Shown here one piece after another: positions 21,985 to 32,589 of a stretch of DNA of 64,000 nt. Where the stretch lies: assembly GCF_025351285.1 (NCBI RefSeq), contig NZ_JANXWG010000139.1, positions 1,549 to 65,548 on the forward strand, in the 5' to 3' direction. Every line of letters begins with the position of its first letter. Position 1 is the first letter of the stretch. The stretch comes from Novosphingobium sp. (GTDB taxonomy: Bacteria; Pseudomonadota; Alphaproteobacteria; Sphingomonadales; Sphingomonadaceae). The position numbers and the translations under genes are program-made. The notes beneath the pieces were generated by a model. That model saw only the letters and a list, made by a program, of their open reading frames with translations, made no database searches and was not told the DNA's origin.

Positions 21985-22956
21985 ATGCCCGCGATCGACC
22001 TGCCCTGCCCTGGCTGCCCGCACGTCCTGGTCGAGGCCAGCGGCGCGGAGACCTTGCGCGATCTCGGTCCGGCGCTGATCAAGGCGCTTTACCGCCAGCA
22101 CGGCGCATTGCTGTTGCGCGGGTTCGGCGCCGATGTGCCGCAGTTCCAGGCCTTCGCGCGACGGTTCTGCTCGACCGCCGTGGTCAACGAAAGCCCTGGC
22201 CGCGCAGCGATCGATCCCGCCAACCGCATCTACGGCGTCAACGGCGGCACTCAGCCCTTTGCGCTCCATCCCGAATTGTCGCGCGAGCCGTGGAAGCCCG
22301 ATCTGGCAATGTTCTGCTGCCTTTCCCCGCCCTCCACCGGCGGCCAGACCACGCTGTGCGACAGCATTGCGCTCGTCCGCGCGCTGCCGGCCGAGTTGCG
22401 CGAAGCGCTGGCGCCGCGCCGGCTGGTCTATGTGAACCGCACTTCGCCGCAGCAGTTGCAATACTGGCTGGGCAGTGCCGAGCCCGACGATGCGCTGCTC
22501 CGCGCACCCCCTGCAACTAGTCCCTACCGCTTCGAACGCCTGCGAGATGGCCAGATCATCCGCCACTTCTCGCGGCCGCTGCTACACAAGCCGATGTTCG
22601 CCGAGGGCCCCGCGTTCGGCAATTTCCTGCTGTTCGCGCGGTTCACCAACGGGCGCCATGACTTCCCGCTGCTCGACGACTGGTCACGCGTGCCCGAGCC
22701 GTGGTTCCAGGCGTTCCACGCTGCGGGCGAGGCGGTGCAGAGCGCGGTAAGCTGGGCGGCGGGCGACGTGCTGATGCTCGACAACACGCGCTTCATGCAT
22801 GGCAGGACGGCGATCCTGGACGCGGCAGAGCGGCAGATCGCGACGTTCTTCGGGTATTTGCGGTTCGCCGTGCCGGATGCCGAGGAGCCGGCTGACCCGG
22901 TGTGGCGGCGCGAGGATTTTGTGCCGCCGCTGCCGCCGGCGTTGCAAACAGCCTAA
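21985..22956 (+). CDS. TauD/TfdA/CAS-like Fe(II)/2-oxoglutarate dioxygenase
   Basis: GALLLRGF, LHPELS (HxE), MFCC..PP.TGGQTTLCD, W.AGDVLMLDNTRFMHGR. Confidence 0.85.
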   Translation: MPAIDLPCPGCPHVLVEASGAETLRDLGPALIKALYRQHGALLLRGFGADVPQFQAFARRFCSTAVVNESPGRAAIDPANRIYGVNGGTQPFALHPELSREPWKPDLAMFCCLSPPSTGGQTTLCDSIALVRALPAELREALAPRRLVYVNRTSPQQLQYWLGSAEPDDALLRAPPATSPYRFERLRDGQIIRHFSRPLLHKPMFAEGPAFGNFLLFARFTNGRHDFPLLDDWSRVPEPWFQAFHAAGEAVQSAVSWAAGDVLMLDNTRFMHGRTAILDAAERQIATFFGYLRFAVPDAEEPADPVWRREDFVPPLPPALQTA

Positions 22957-22974
22957 GCGACGTAGTTAGCGGCG

Positions 22975-23090
22975 CGCCTACCCCCAGCCCCTCCCGCAAG
23001 CGGGCGGGGAGCCAAACGTTCCCCGCCCGCTTGCGGGAGGGGCGCGAGACTTGGCGAGCCGAAGGCGAGCTTAGTCGCAGCGGGGTGGGC
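22975..23090. repeat. REP-like doublet (tail-to-tail arms, one with an internal insertion) between the convergent TauD-like gene and clpB
   Basis: CCCCTCCCGCAAGCGGGCGGGG (22988-23009) and CCCCGCCCGCTTGCGGGAGGGG (23021-23042) are identical to the arms at 9184 and 9098. Confidence 0.85.
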
Positions 23091-23123
23091 AGTTGCTGGC
23101 CTTGCCACCAAACCCGACCACCC

Positions 23124-25703
<2,580 letters not shown>

Positions 25704-25730
25704 GGGTGAAGCATCCTCCTGTTGCGGCGG

Positions 25731-25758
25731 AGATAGTGTTGCTGGATTGCAACACAAG
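25731..25758 (-). promoter_or_regulatory. RpoH (sigma32)-type promoter of clpB with an internal palindrome
   Basis: Minus strand CTTG-N18-CTATCT fits the alphaproteobacterial RpoH pattern. GTGTTGC-N6-GCAACAC (25736-25755) fills the spacer. Confidence 0.6.
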
Positions 25759-25812
25759 ACCGAAGGTGTGGAATTTTGGCCGCCCCTTGCCTCGCTGTCA
25801 TTGATCGACAAC

Positions 25813-26538
25813 ATGGGGACGATGATTATCCTTAGCAGCGTGACCGTTCGATACGGCGGCGTGGCCGCGCTCGGACCGGCCGACCTCGTGATCCAGCCGC
25901 GCCAAACCACGCTGCTCATAGGGCCATCGGGCTCGGGCAAATCCACGCTGCTGCGCACGCTCGCGGGGTTGACCGATTACACCGGCACGCTGACGGTCGA
26001 TGGCGAAGTGGTCACCGACTGGCGCGCACTGCGCCAAAAGCTGGGCTACGTGATCCAGGACGGCGGCTTGTTTCCGCACCTGACCGCGCGCGCCAACGTG
26101 GCGCTGGCGGGTGAGGCGTTCGGCTGGCCTCGCGAAAAGATCGAAACGCGGATCGGCGAAATGGCCGAGCTGGTCGGGCTCGACATGGTGCAACTGGCGC
26201 GTTTCCCGGCAGAGCTTTCGGGCGGGCAGCGCCAGCGCGTGGGGGTGATGCGCGCGTTGCTGAGGGATCCGCAGATCCTGCTGTTCGACGAACCGCTCTC
26301 GGCGCTCGATCCGGTCACGCGACTGCGGCTGGCGGGCGAATTGCGCGACCTGTTCGCGCGGCTGGGCAAGACGGTGGTGATGGTCACGCATTCGCTGCGC
26401 GAGGCGATGTTCTTCGGCGGCTGCGTGGTGCTGTTGCGCGATGGGCGGATTGTGCAGCATGGCGAACTGGCCGATCTGATCGCGCACCCCGCCGACCAGT
26501 TCGTCACCGATTTCATCGCCGCGGAGGAAGCGTTGTGA
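25813..26538 (+). CDS. ABC transporter ATP-binding protein (osmoprotectant/OpuA-like)
   Basis: Walker A GPSGSGKS, GYVIQDGGLFPHLTA, LSGGQRQRVG, LFDEP.SALD, VTH. Confidence 0.9.
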   Translation: MGTMIILSSVTVRYGGVAALGPADLVIQPRQTTLLIGPSGSGKSTLLRTLAGLTDYTGTLTVDGEVVTDWRALRQKLGYVIQDGGLFPHLTARANVALAGEAFGWPREKIETRIGEMAELVGLDMVQLARFPAELSGGQRQRVGVMRALLRDPQILLFDEPLSALDPVTRLRLAGELRDLFARLGKTVVMVTHSLREAMFFGGCVVLLRDGRIVQHGELADLIAHPADQFVTDFIAAEEAL

Positions 26539-27989
26539 GGGCGCTGCCGGTCCTGCTCGCCGCTCTGCTATTCGCCCCGCAGGCGCGCGCAGAAACCGTG
26601 GGTTCGAAAGCCTTTACCGAAAGCGTGATCCTGGGCGAAATCGCCAAGGACACGCTCGAGAAAGCCGGCGTGCCAACCACGCATCGCCGAGAACTGGGCG
26701 GCAGCCGCATCCTGTTCGATGCAGTGAAAGCGCGGCGGATCGATTTCTACCCCGAATATACCGGCACCTTGCGCTTCGAACTGCTGGCCGCGCAGCATTT
26801 GGCCAACGATGCCGCGCTCGGCCCGGCGCTTGCAGCACAAGGGCTGGCGCTGACCCGGCCGCTGGGCTTTTCGGATTCGTACGGCATCGCGATGCGCGCC
26901 GACAAGGCGAAGGCGCTGGGCATCGCCAAACTCTCCGATCTGGCGCAGCACCGTGACTTGCGCTTCGGTTTCTCGAACGAATTCGTCGATCGCAAGGATG
27001 GCTGGCCTGCGCTGGTTGCGGCTTATGGCCTGGGCGGCGTGCGCGTGCAGGGGATCAACCACGATCTCGCTTACCGCGCGCTCAACGCCGGGCAGATCGA
27101 CCTGACCGACGCCTACACCACCGACGCCGAAATCGCCGCGTACAACCTTGTGGTGCTGACCGACGACGCGAAGTTCTTCCCGCCTTACGATGCAGTGTTC
27201 GTGATCCGGTCGGACCTTTCACCCAAGGCGCGCGCTGCGCTCGATAGCTTGGCAGGCACGATCGACGAGGCGAAAATGCGCGCGCTCAACCGCATGGTGC
27301 GGATGGACAAGCAGACCGAGACCGCCGCCGCGCGCGCGGCGCTGGGCGGCGGCGCGGGCATCGACAACGAGCCGACGCGCTTCGAACGGATCGCGCAGCG
27401 GACGATCGAACACTTGGCGCTGGTTGCCGCCGCGCTTGCCCTTGCGCTGCTGGCGGCTCTGCCGCTTGGCGTGATCGCGGCGCGGCATCGTCGGCTGGGC
27501 AGCGCGGTGCTGGCGATAACGGGCGTGCTCCAGACGATCCCCAGCCTGGCGCTGTTCGTGGTGCTGATCCCGCTGCTGGGGATCGGCGCGGCGCCGACGA
27601 TTTTCGCGCTGTTCCTCTATTCGCTGCTTCCGATCGTGCGCAATACTCACGCCGGGCTGACTGGCATCGCGCCCGCCTTGCTGGATTCCGCAGATGCGCT
27701 GGGCCTCACCCGCGCGGCGCGGTTGCGGCGGATCGAATTGCCGCTGGCTCTGCCCACGATCCTGGCGGGGGTGCGCACGGCCGCCGTTATCGCGGTGGGG
27801 CTGGCGACGCTGGGCGCCATCATCGGCGCGGGCGGTTACGGCCAGCCGATCCTGACCGGCATCCGGCTGAACAGCACACCATTGATCCTGGAGGGCGCGA
27901 TCCCGGCTGCCATGCTGGCGTTGCTGATCGAGGGGTTGTTTACGCTGATCGAACGCCGGGCCGTGCCAAGAGGCTTGCGCCGCCCTTAA
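26535..27989 (+). CDS. Glycine betaine/choline-type ABC transporter fused substrate-binding/permease protein
   Basis: Signal peptide, GSKAFTESVILGEI, YPEYTGT, PLGFSDSYGIAMR, DAYTTDAEI, FFPPY; C-terminal permease LQTIPSLALF, EAA-like loop and IGAGGYGQPILTGI. Confidence 0.9.
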   Translation: MRALPVLLAALLFAPQARAETVGSKAFTESVILGEIAKDTLEKAGVPTTHRRELGGSRILFDAVKARRIDFYPEYTGTLRFELLAAQHLANDAALGPALAAQGLALTRPLGFSDSYGIAMRADKAKALGIAKLSDLAQHRDLRFGFSNEFVDRKDGWPALVAAYGLGGVRVQGINHDLAYRALNAGQIDLTDAYTTDAEIAAYNLVVLTDDAKFFPPYDAVFVIRSDLSPKARAALDSLAGTIDEAKMRALNRMVRMDKQTETAAARAALGGGAGIDNEPTRFERIAQRTIEHLALVAAALALALLAALPLGVIAARHRRLGSAVLAITGVLQTIPSLALFVVLIPLLGIGAAPTIFALFLYSLLPIVRNTHAGLTGIAPALLDSADALGLTRAARLRRIELPLALPTILAGVRTAAVIAVGLATLGAIIGAGGYGQPILTGIRLNSTPLILEGAIPAAMLALLIEGLFTLIERRAVPRGLRRP

Positions 27990-27998
27990 GCGTTGCCC

Positions 27999-28559
27999 CT
28001 AAGCGTTGCCAATATCGCTCGACAGCGTGGCCGGATCGATCCCTTCGGCTTTCCACGCCGCGGTCCAGCGCGCGGCGGCGGGTGTCCCGAACACCACGCG
28101 ATTGCGCGCTTCGCAGGCGTACCAGCCGTGGCGCCGCATTTCGCCATCGAGTTGTCCGCCGCCCCAGCCGGCATAGCCGAGCGCGAACACCCAGCGTTCC
28201 GGCCCGTGCCCGCCGGCGATCGCGCGCAAGCCGTCGAGCGAAGTGGTCAGCCCGAACTTGTCGCCCACCATCAAGGTATCGCCCACCGACCATTCGGGCG
28301 AATGGAGCAGGAACCCGCGCTGGCCTTCCACCGGCCCGCCATTGTGGACCGGCGCATCGGGTGCCTCGCCCGGATCGATATCCAGATCCTTTAGCAATGC
28401 CCGGAATCGCAGGCCTGGATGCAGGTGCCCCAGGCCGATGCCGAGCGCGCCTTCAGTATTGTGCGCGCACATCGCGATCACCGCGTTTTCGAAGCGCGGA
28501 TCGCCGATGCCCGGCATCGCCAGCAGCAGGAGGCCCGAGAGGAATTGCGGCTCGCTCAT
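27999..28559 (-). CDS. yqgE: YqgE/AlgH family protein (DUF179)
   Basis: LLLAMPGIGDPRFENAVIAMCAH...GALG, GGPVE.QRGFLLHS, LGYAGWGGGQLDGE, W. Confidence 0.92.
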   Translation of the reverse strand: MSEPQFLSGLLLLAMPGIGDPRFENAVIAMCAHNTEGALGIGLGHLHPGLRFRALLKDLDIDPGEAPDAPVHNGGPVEGQRGFLLHSPEWSVGDTLMVGDKFGLTTSLDGLRAIAGGHGPERWVFALGYAGWGGGQLDGEMRRHGWYACEARNRVVFGTPAAARWTAAWKAEGIDPATLSSDIGNA

Positions 28560-28602
28560 CCGTGCGATTTTAGGCGCTTTGCAGCATGCGTCCAGCCCCG
28601 GT

Positions 28603-29334
28603 TCAATGGCCTTTAAGCAGCCCATCGAGCAACGATCCGGCCGGGCCGAGCGGGTTGGCGCGCAACCGGCCTTCCTCGCCGCCGATGTAGCGGAAGATGC
28701 CGTTCAACGCCTGGTCGGCCACCGATTTGCCGAGAATGCCGCGGGTCAGACCCGCCGCACGCACCAGCGATGATCCCTTCGCCAGCCCGTCGAGCGTGCG
28801 GAATGCGCCGACCTGGGTGAGCGCGGTGTCGATCATGGGGCGCAGTTTCAGGCTCAGTTGATCGCCTGCGCTGCGTTTCAGGTACTGCGTCGCGCCATCG
28901 TTCTGGCTTATGATTCCCGGCACATCGGTGATCGAAAGCCTGGATATCGCGGTGCGGAACATCGGCTTGGCCGCGCTCGCCGCGATGCCGGCCGCATCGT
29001 TGAGTTTGCGCATCAGCCCGTCGGTCAGCCCAAGCTGGCTGCCCGCGCCGAGCACGCTGCCGAGCGCGCCGCCCAAACCGCCGCCGAGCCCGCCGCCGAG
29101 TCCGCCGAGCGAACCCAGCATCGGCAACCCGATCCGTACCGCGGGATCGCCATAGAACGCACCCGGTTGCGCCAGCTTGTCGAGCGCTGAATCCGATGCC
29201 TTGCCGAGGAGGCCACCCAAACCACCGCCCAGCCCTTGCGCTTGCGCCGCCGGCGCAACTGTCATGCTGGCAATAACTGCACCCAGCCCCGCCAGCAGCG
29301 AACGGCGCGACGTTTCATGATCCCGATTGTCCAT
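28603..29334 (-). CDS. DUF4197 family protein with Tat-like signal
   Basis: SRRSLLAGLG; GAFYGDPAVRI.LP, LNDAAGIAA..AKPMF..AI..LSITD..GII..NDGATQYLK, ALNGIF..IG.EE..LRANP. Confidence 0.8.
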   Translation of the reverse strand: MDNRDHETSRRSLLAGLGAVIASMTVAPAAQAQGLGGGLGGLLGKASDSALDKLAQPGAFYGDPAVRIGLPMLGSLGGLGGGLGGGLGGALGSVLGAGSQLGLTDGLMRKLNDAAGIAASAAKPMFRTAISRLSITDVPGIISQNDGATQYLKRSAGDQLSLKLRPMIDTALTQVGAFRTLDGLAKGSSLVRAAGLTRGILGKSVADQALNGIFRYIGGEEGRLRANPLGPAGSLLDGLLKGH

Positions 29335-29467
29335 TGCGTGTCCCCTTCCCGATGGCTCGCGATGGTCCCACGACCGCAGATCGAGAGCAAGCGCCGATGG
29401 CGCCGATTGGCCCCCTTCCCCTGACGCATCCGCGCGGCTACCTACCGAAGCCGGGGAGAATGGCAGG

Positions 29468-31669
29468 ATGGTGCGCAGAATTTTGATCGGCCTTGGTTTG
29501 GCTGTCCTGCTGGCGCTGGTCGGGCTGATGGTGTGGGAGCCGTTTTCGGCCTCACCGGGCACGCCGCCGCCCGCGCATGCCTACCGCGCCGACATCACCC
29601 GCGATGCATTCGGCGTGCCGCATATCCATGGCGCCACCGATCCCGACGTGACCTTCGGCGTCGGCTACGCGCATGCCGAGGACGATTTCGCGACCTTGCA
29701 GGACGTGCTGGCGATGACGCGAGGCCGCTATGGCGCGATCGCCGGGGCCGATGGCGCGAAGATCGATTATGCGCTGGCGCTGCTCGATGCGCGCGGGACG
29801 GCGCAGCGGCACTATGGCGAATTGCCCGCCGATGTTCGCGGGTTGCTCGAAGGCTATGCCGCCGGGCTCAACAAATTTGCCGAGCGGCATCCGGGCGAAG
29901 TCAAGCTGGCGCGGCTGTTCCCGGTCAATGGCGAGGACGTGGCGACCGGGTTCGCGCTGCGCCAACCGTTCTTCTTCGGCTTGAGCGATTTCATCGGGCC
30001 ATTGGTCGCCGATACGCCCCTGCCGCGCGAACACGGCCCGGTGCTCGATGGCAGCGTGCAGCCCGATTACGCGCATGGCGGTGGCGATCAGCTTTCCGCC
30101 GAAGCGCCCACCAAGCCCGCGCCGATCGCGATGGGCGAGGATGGCGCGCTGGCCGGATCGAACGCCTTCGCGATTGCACCTGCACGCTCGGGCGATGGCG
30201 TCACGCGGCTGGTTTCGAACGCGCACCAGCCGTGGCGCGGCGGGGTGGCGTGGTACGAGCTAGTGATCGAAAGCGACACCGGCTGGCACTTCGCCGGCGC
30301 CAATTTCCCCGGATCGCCCTACCCGTTCCTGGGGCACAACGAGACGCTGGGCTGGACCAACACCGTCAACCGGCCCGACCTGACCGACGTGTACAAGCTG
30401 ACGCTCGACGCGGCGGGCACGCATTACATGCTCGACGGACAGTGGGAGCCACTTGAGTCACACCGCGTGATGCTGCCGGTGCGGTTCGGGCCGCTGGTGT
30501 TGCCGATCTTCAAGACGGTGTACCGATCGGCGCACGGCCCGGTGATCGAGAACCCGCACGGCGCCTTTGCGCTGCGCTATGCGGGCATGGACCGGCTCGA
30601 CCAGTTGACCGAATACTACCGCCTCACCCGCGCGCGCAATTTCGGCGAGTGGCAGGCGGCGATGGCGATGCAGGCGGTACCGTCGACCAACTTCGTCTAC
30701 GCCGACCGCGAAGGGCACATCGCCTATGTCTACAACGCGCGGCTGCCCGATCGGAAGTCGGGCTTCAACTGGCGCGGCATATTGCCGGGTGACCGTTCGG
30801 ACCTGATCTGGAAGGGGCCGGTGGCGTGGGCCAAGGTGCCGCAACTGGTTGATCCCAAGTCGGGCTTCGTGTTCAATTCGAACAACACGCCGTTTGTGGC
30901 GGCGGGGCCGGGCAGCGAGTTGGACGCCAAGGCCTTCGCGCCCGAATTGGGGGTGGAAACCGACGTGACCAACCGCACCCGCCGTGCGGTCAAGCTGCTG
31001 AGCGCGACCAACCCGATCGGGCGCAAGGAGCTTGAGGCGATCAAGTACGATCGCGGGTACGAGCGCGTCGGCTATGTCGCGTGGATGCTCGATGCGATCG
31101 CCAGGCTCGATGTGAAGGGCGATGCCGATCTGGCCGGGGCGCAAGCGTTGATCAATGGCTGGGACTTGCAGGCCGATGGGCGCAATCCGGGCGATGCGCT
31201 GGCGGTGATGGTGCTCAAGAACGCGATGAAGGAGAGCTATAACCTGCACACCCCGCCCGATGCGCGGAAGGAACTGGAGTTTGCTGCGCACCATCTGCTC
31301 AAATACTTCGGACGGCTCGATCCGCCGCTGGGCGACGTTCAGCGCGTGCGGCAGGGAAGCGTCGATTACCCGATGGACGGCGGTGGCGACACGCTGCGCG
31401 CGGCGACAAGCTGGAACATCGATCCGAACGATGGCCGGCTGCTGATCAAGCACGGCGACAGCTTCGTGATGTTTGTGGAATGGCCGAAGGGTGGCGCGGT
31501 AACGTCACAGTCGATCCAGCCGTTCGGTGCGGCGACCACGCGGCCGAAGTCGGCGCATTTCGCCGATCAGGTGCCATTATTTTCGGCGCACAAGCTCAAG
31601 CCGGTGCACTTCACGCGCGAAGATATTGCCGCGCATGCGAAGTCGCACGAGGTGGTGACGAGCCGTTAG
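29468..31669 (+). CDS. Ntn-hydrolase acylase (penicillin/AHL/aculeacin acylase family, peptidase S45)
   Basis: ITRDAFGVPHIHG, GVGYAHAEDDF, autoproteolysis site G-SNAFAIAPARS, NAHQPW, GHNETLGWTNTVN, TNFVYADREGHI, NSNNTP. Confidence 0.92.
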   Translation: MVRRILIGLGLAVLLALVGLMVWEPFSASPGTPPPAHAYRADITRDAFGVPHIHGATDPDVTFGVGYAHAEDDFATLQDVLAMTRGRYGAIAGADGAKIDYALALLDARGTAQRHYGELPADVRGLLEGYAAGLNKFAERHPGEVKLARLFPVNGEDVATGFALRQPFFFGLSDFIGPLVADTPLPREHGPVLDGSVQPDYAHGGGDQLSAEAPTKPAPIAMGEDGALAGSNAFAIAPARSGDGVTRLVSNAHQPWRGGVAWYELVIESDTGWHFAGANFPGSPYPFLGHNETLGWTNTVNRPDLTDVYKLTLDAAGTHYMLDGQWEPLESHRVMLPVRFGPLVLPIFKTVYRSAHGPVIENPHGAFALRYAGMDRLDQLTEYYRLTRARNFGEWQAAMAMQAVPSTNFVYADREGHIAYVYNARLPDRKSGFNWRGILPGDRSDLIWKGPVAWAKVPQLVDPKSGFVFNSNNTPFVAAGPGSELDAKAFAPELGVETDVTNRTRRAVKLLSATNPIGRKELEAIKYDRGYERVGYVAWMLDAIARLDVKGDADLAGAQALINGWDLQADGRNPGDALAVMVLKNAMKESYNLHTPPDARKELEFAAHHLLKYFGRLDPPLGDVQRVRQGSVDYPMDGGGDTLRAATSWNIDPNDGRLLIKHGDSFVMFVEWPKGGAVTSQSIQPFGAATTRPKSAHFADQVPLFSAHKLKPVHFTREDIAAHAKSHEVVTSR

Positions 31670-31679
31670 TCTAAACCAC

Positions 31680-31766
31680 CCGTCCGCACAGAGCTTGTCG
31701 AAATGCTGTCCTGCTTTGCAACGTTTGCAAAAAAGAGCAGGGCTTCGACAAGCTCAGCCCGAGCGG
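31680..31766. repeat. Second palindromic intergenic element (GAGCTTGTCGAA...TTCGACAAGCTC type) between convergent genes
   Basis: Exact 12-bp inverted repeat at 31691-31702/31744-31755, with nested CTGCT/AGCAG and TTGCAA symmetry and degenerate outer arms. Confidence 0.65.
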
Positions 31767-31779
31767 ATTTCCTTTACAG

Positions 31780-32379
31780 CTAGGCCGGATACGTCCCCGG
31801 AGGCGCAGCTTCCACAGGCTTGCGCGCCGGAACCACCGGCACCTTGGGCGTTGCTGGAGCCGTTGCCGAAGCCGGAACCGCCGGGCCATCGCGCTTGACC
31901 GCATCACAATCGCCGCTGCTGGCTTGCGTCAACTGCGGCTTGCCCGCACCGTCAGACCGCATCGAAGTGGTCTGCGTGCAGGTTCCCCCCTCGCCATTTG
32001 GGCCGTTCGAAATCGTGGTCACGCTCGTCCACGTGCTGACCCCGGCCGGCGCCGTGGCGTCGGATACGATTGTCACCGACTGGCCTGGATGCGCGGCGGC
32101 TTCGCGCTGCATCGCGGCGGCTTGCGCCTGGGCCTGCGCCATCATCGCGCGCGATTGCGCTTCAAGCTGCGCCATCTGCGCGGCCATTTCGGCAAACGGA
32201 TCGACCGGCTGCGCCACCTGAATTTGTGGCGCAACATCGCCATGATACTGCACAAGCGCCACGCTGCCATCGGGCAGCGCAACTTTCATGGTGTGGAGAT
32301 CGTTTGCGGCCGCCAGCGCGGTGCCCGCCAGGCCCAGCCCGATCGCGCCAAGAACAAAAGTGGTGGTAGACTTCATCAT
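31780..32379 (-). CDS. Secreted hypothetical protein, Ala/Gln/Met-rich helix and Pro/Ala-rich tail
   Basis: RBS AAGGAG; signal peptide (GLAGTALA-AA); LHTMKVALPDGSVALVQYHGDVAP; one Cys pair. Confidence 0.75.
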   Translation of the reverse strand: MMKSTTTFVLGAIGLGLAGTALAAANDLHTMKVALPDGSVALVQYHGDVAPQIQVAQPVDPFAEMAAQMAQLEAQSRAMMAQAQAQAAAMQREAAAHPGQSVTIVSDATAPAGVSTWTSVTTISNGPNGEGGTCTQTTSMRSDGAGKPQLTQASSGDCDAVKRDGPAVPASATAPATPKVPVVPARKPVEAAPPGTYPA

Positions 32380-32589
32380 CGCCGAAAACTCCTTCGTGAA
32401 TTGACGTCAATGAACAATTTGGAGGCTTGCTATCATGCCCGCCCAAGTTGAACGCGCGATGACTGGCAAGGCTTGCCGCGGCACAAGATAATGATTCCGC
32501 GCTCCACTTGGCAAGTGTCTGCAAACCGCTAGATTGCCGGGGTATTCAGCCCCGCAGCCCCCGCTGCATTCCCCAATCCAGAGAACCAG

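Noticed and set aside
28990-29240. Gly-rich GGLGG repeats in the DUF4197 gene
   Set aside because: Low-complexity protein linker within an intact ORF, not a DNA repeat element.
32400-32411. TTGACGTCAA as an FNR/FixK box
   Set aside because: The half-site spacing is N2, not N6; kept only as an unknown operator.
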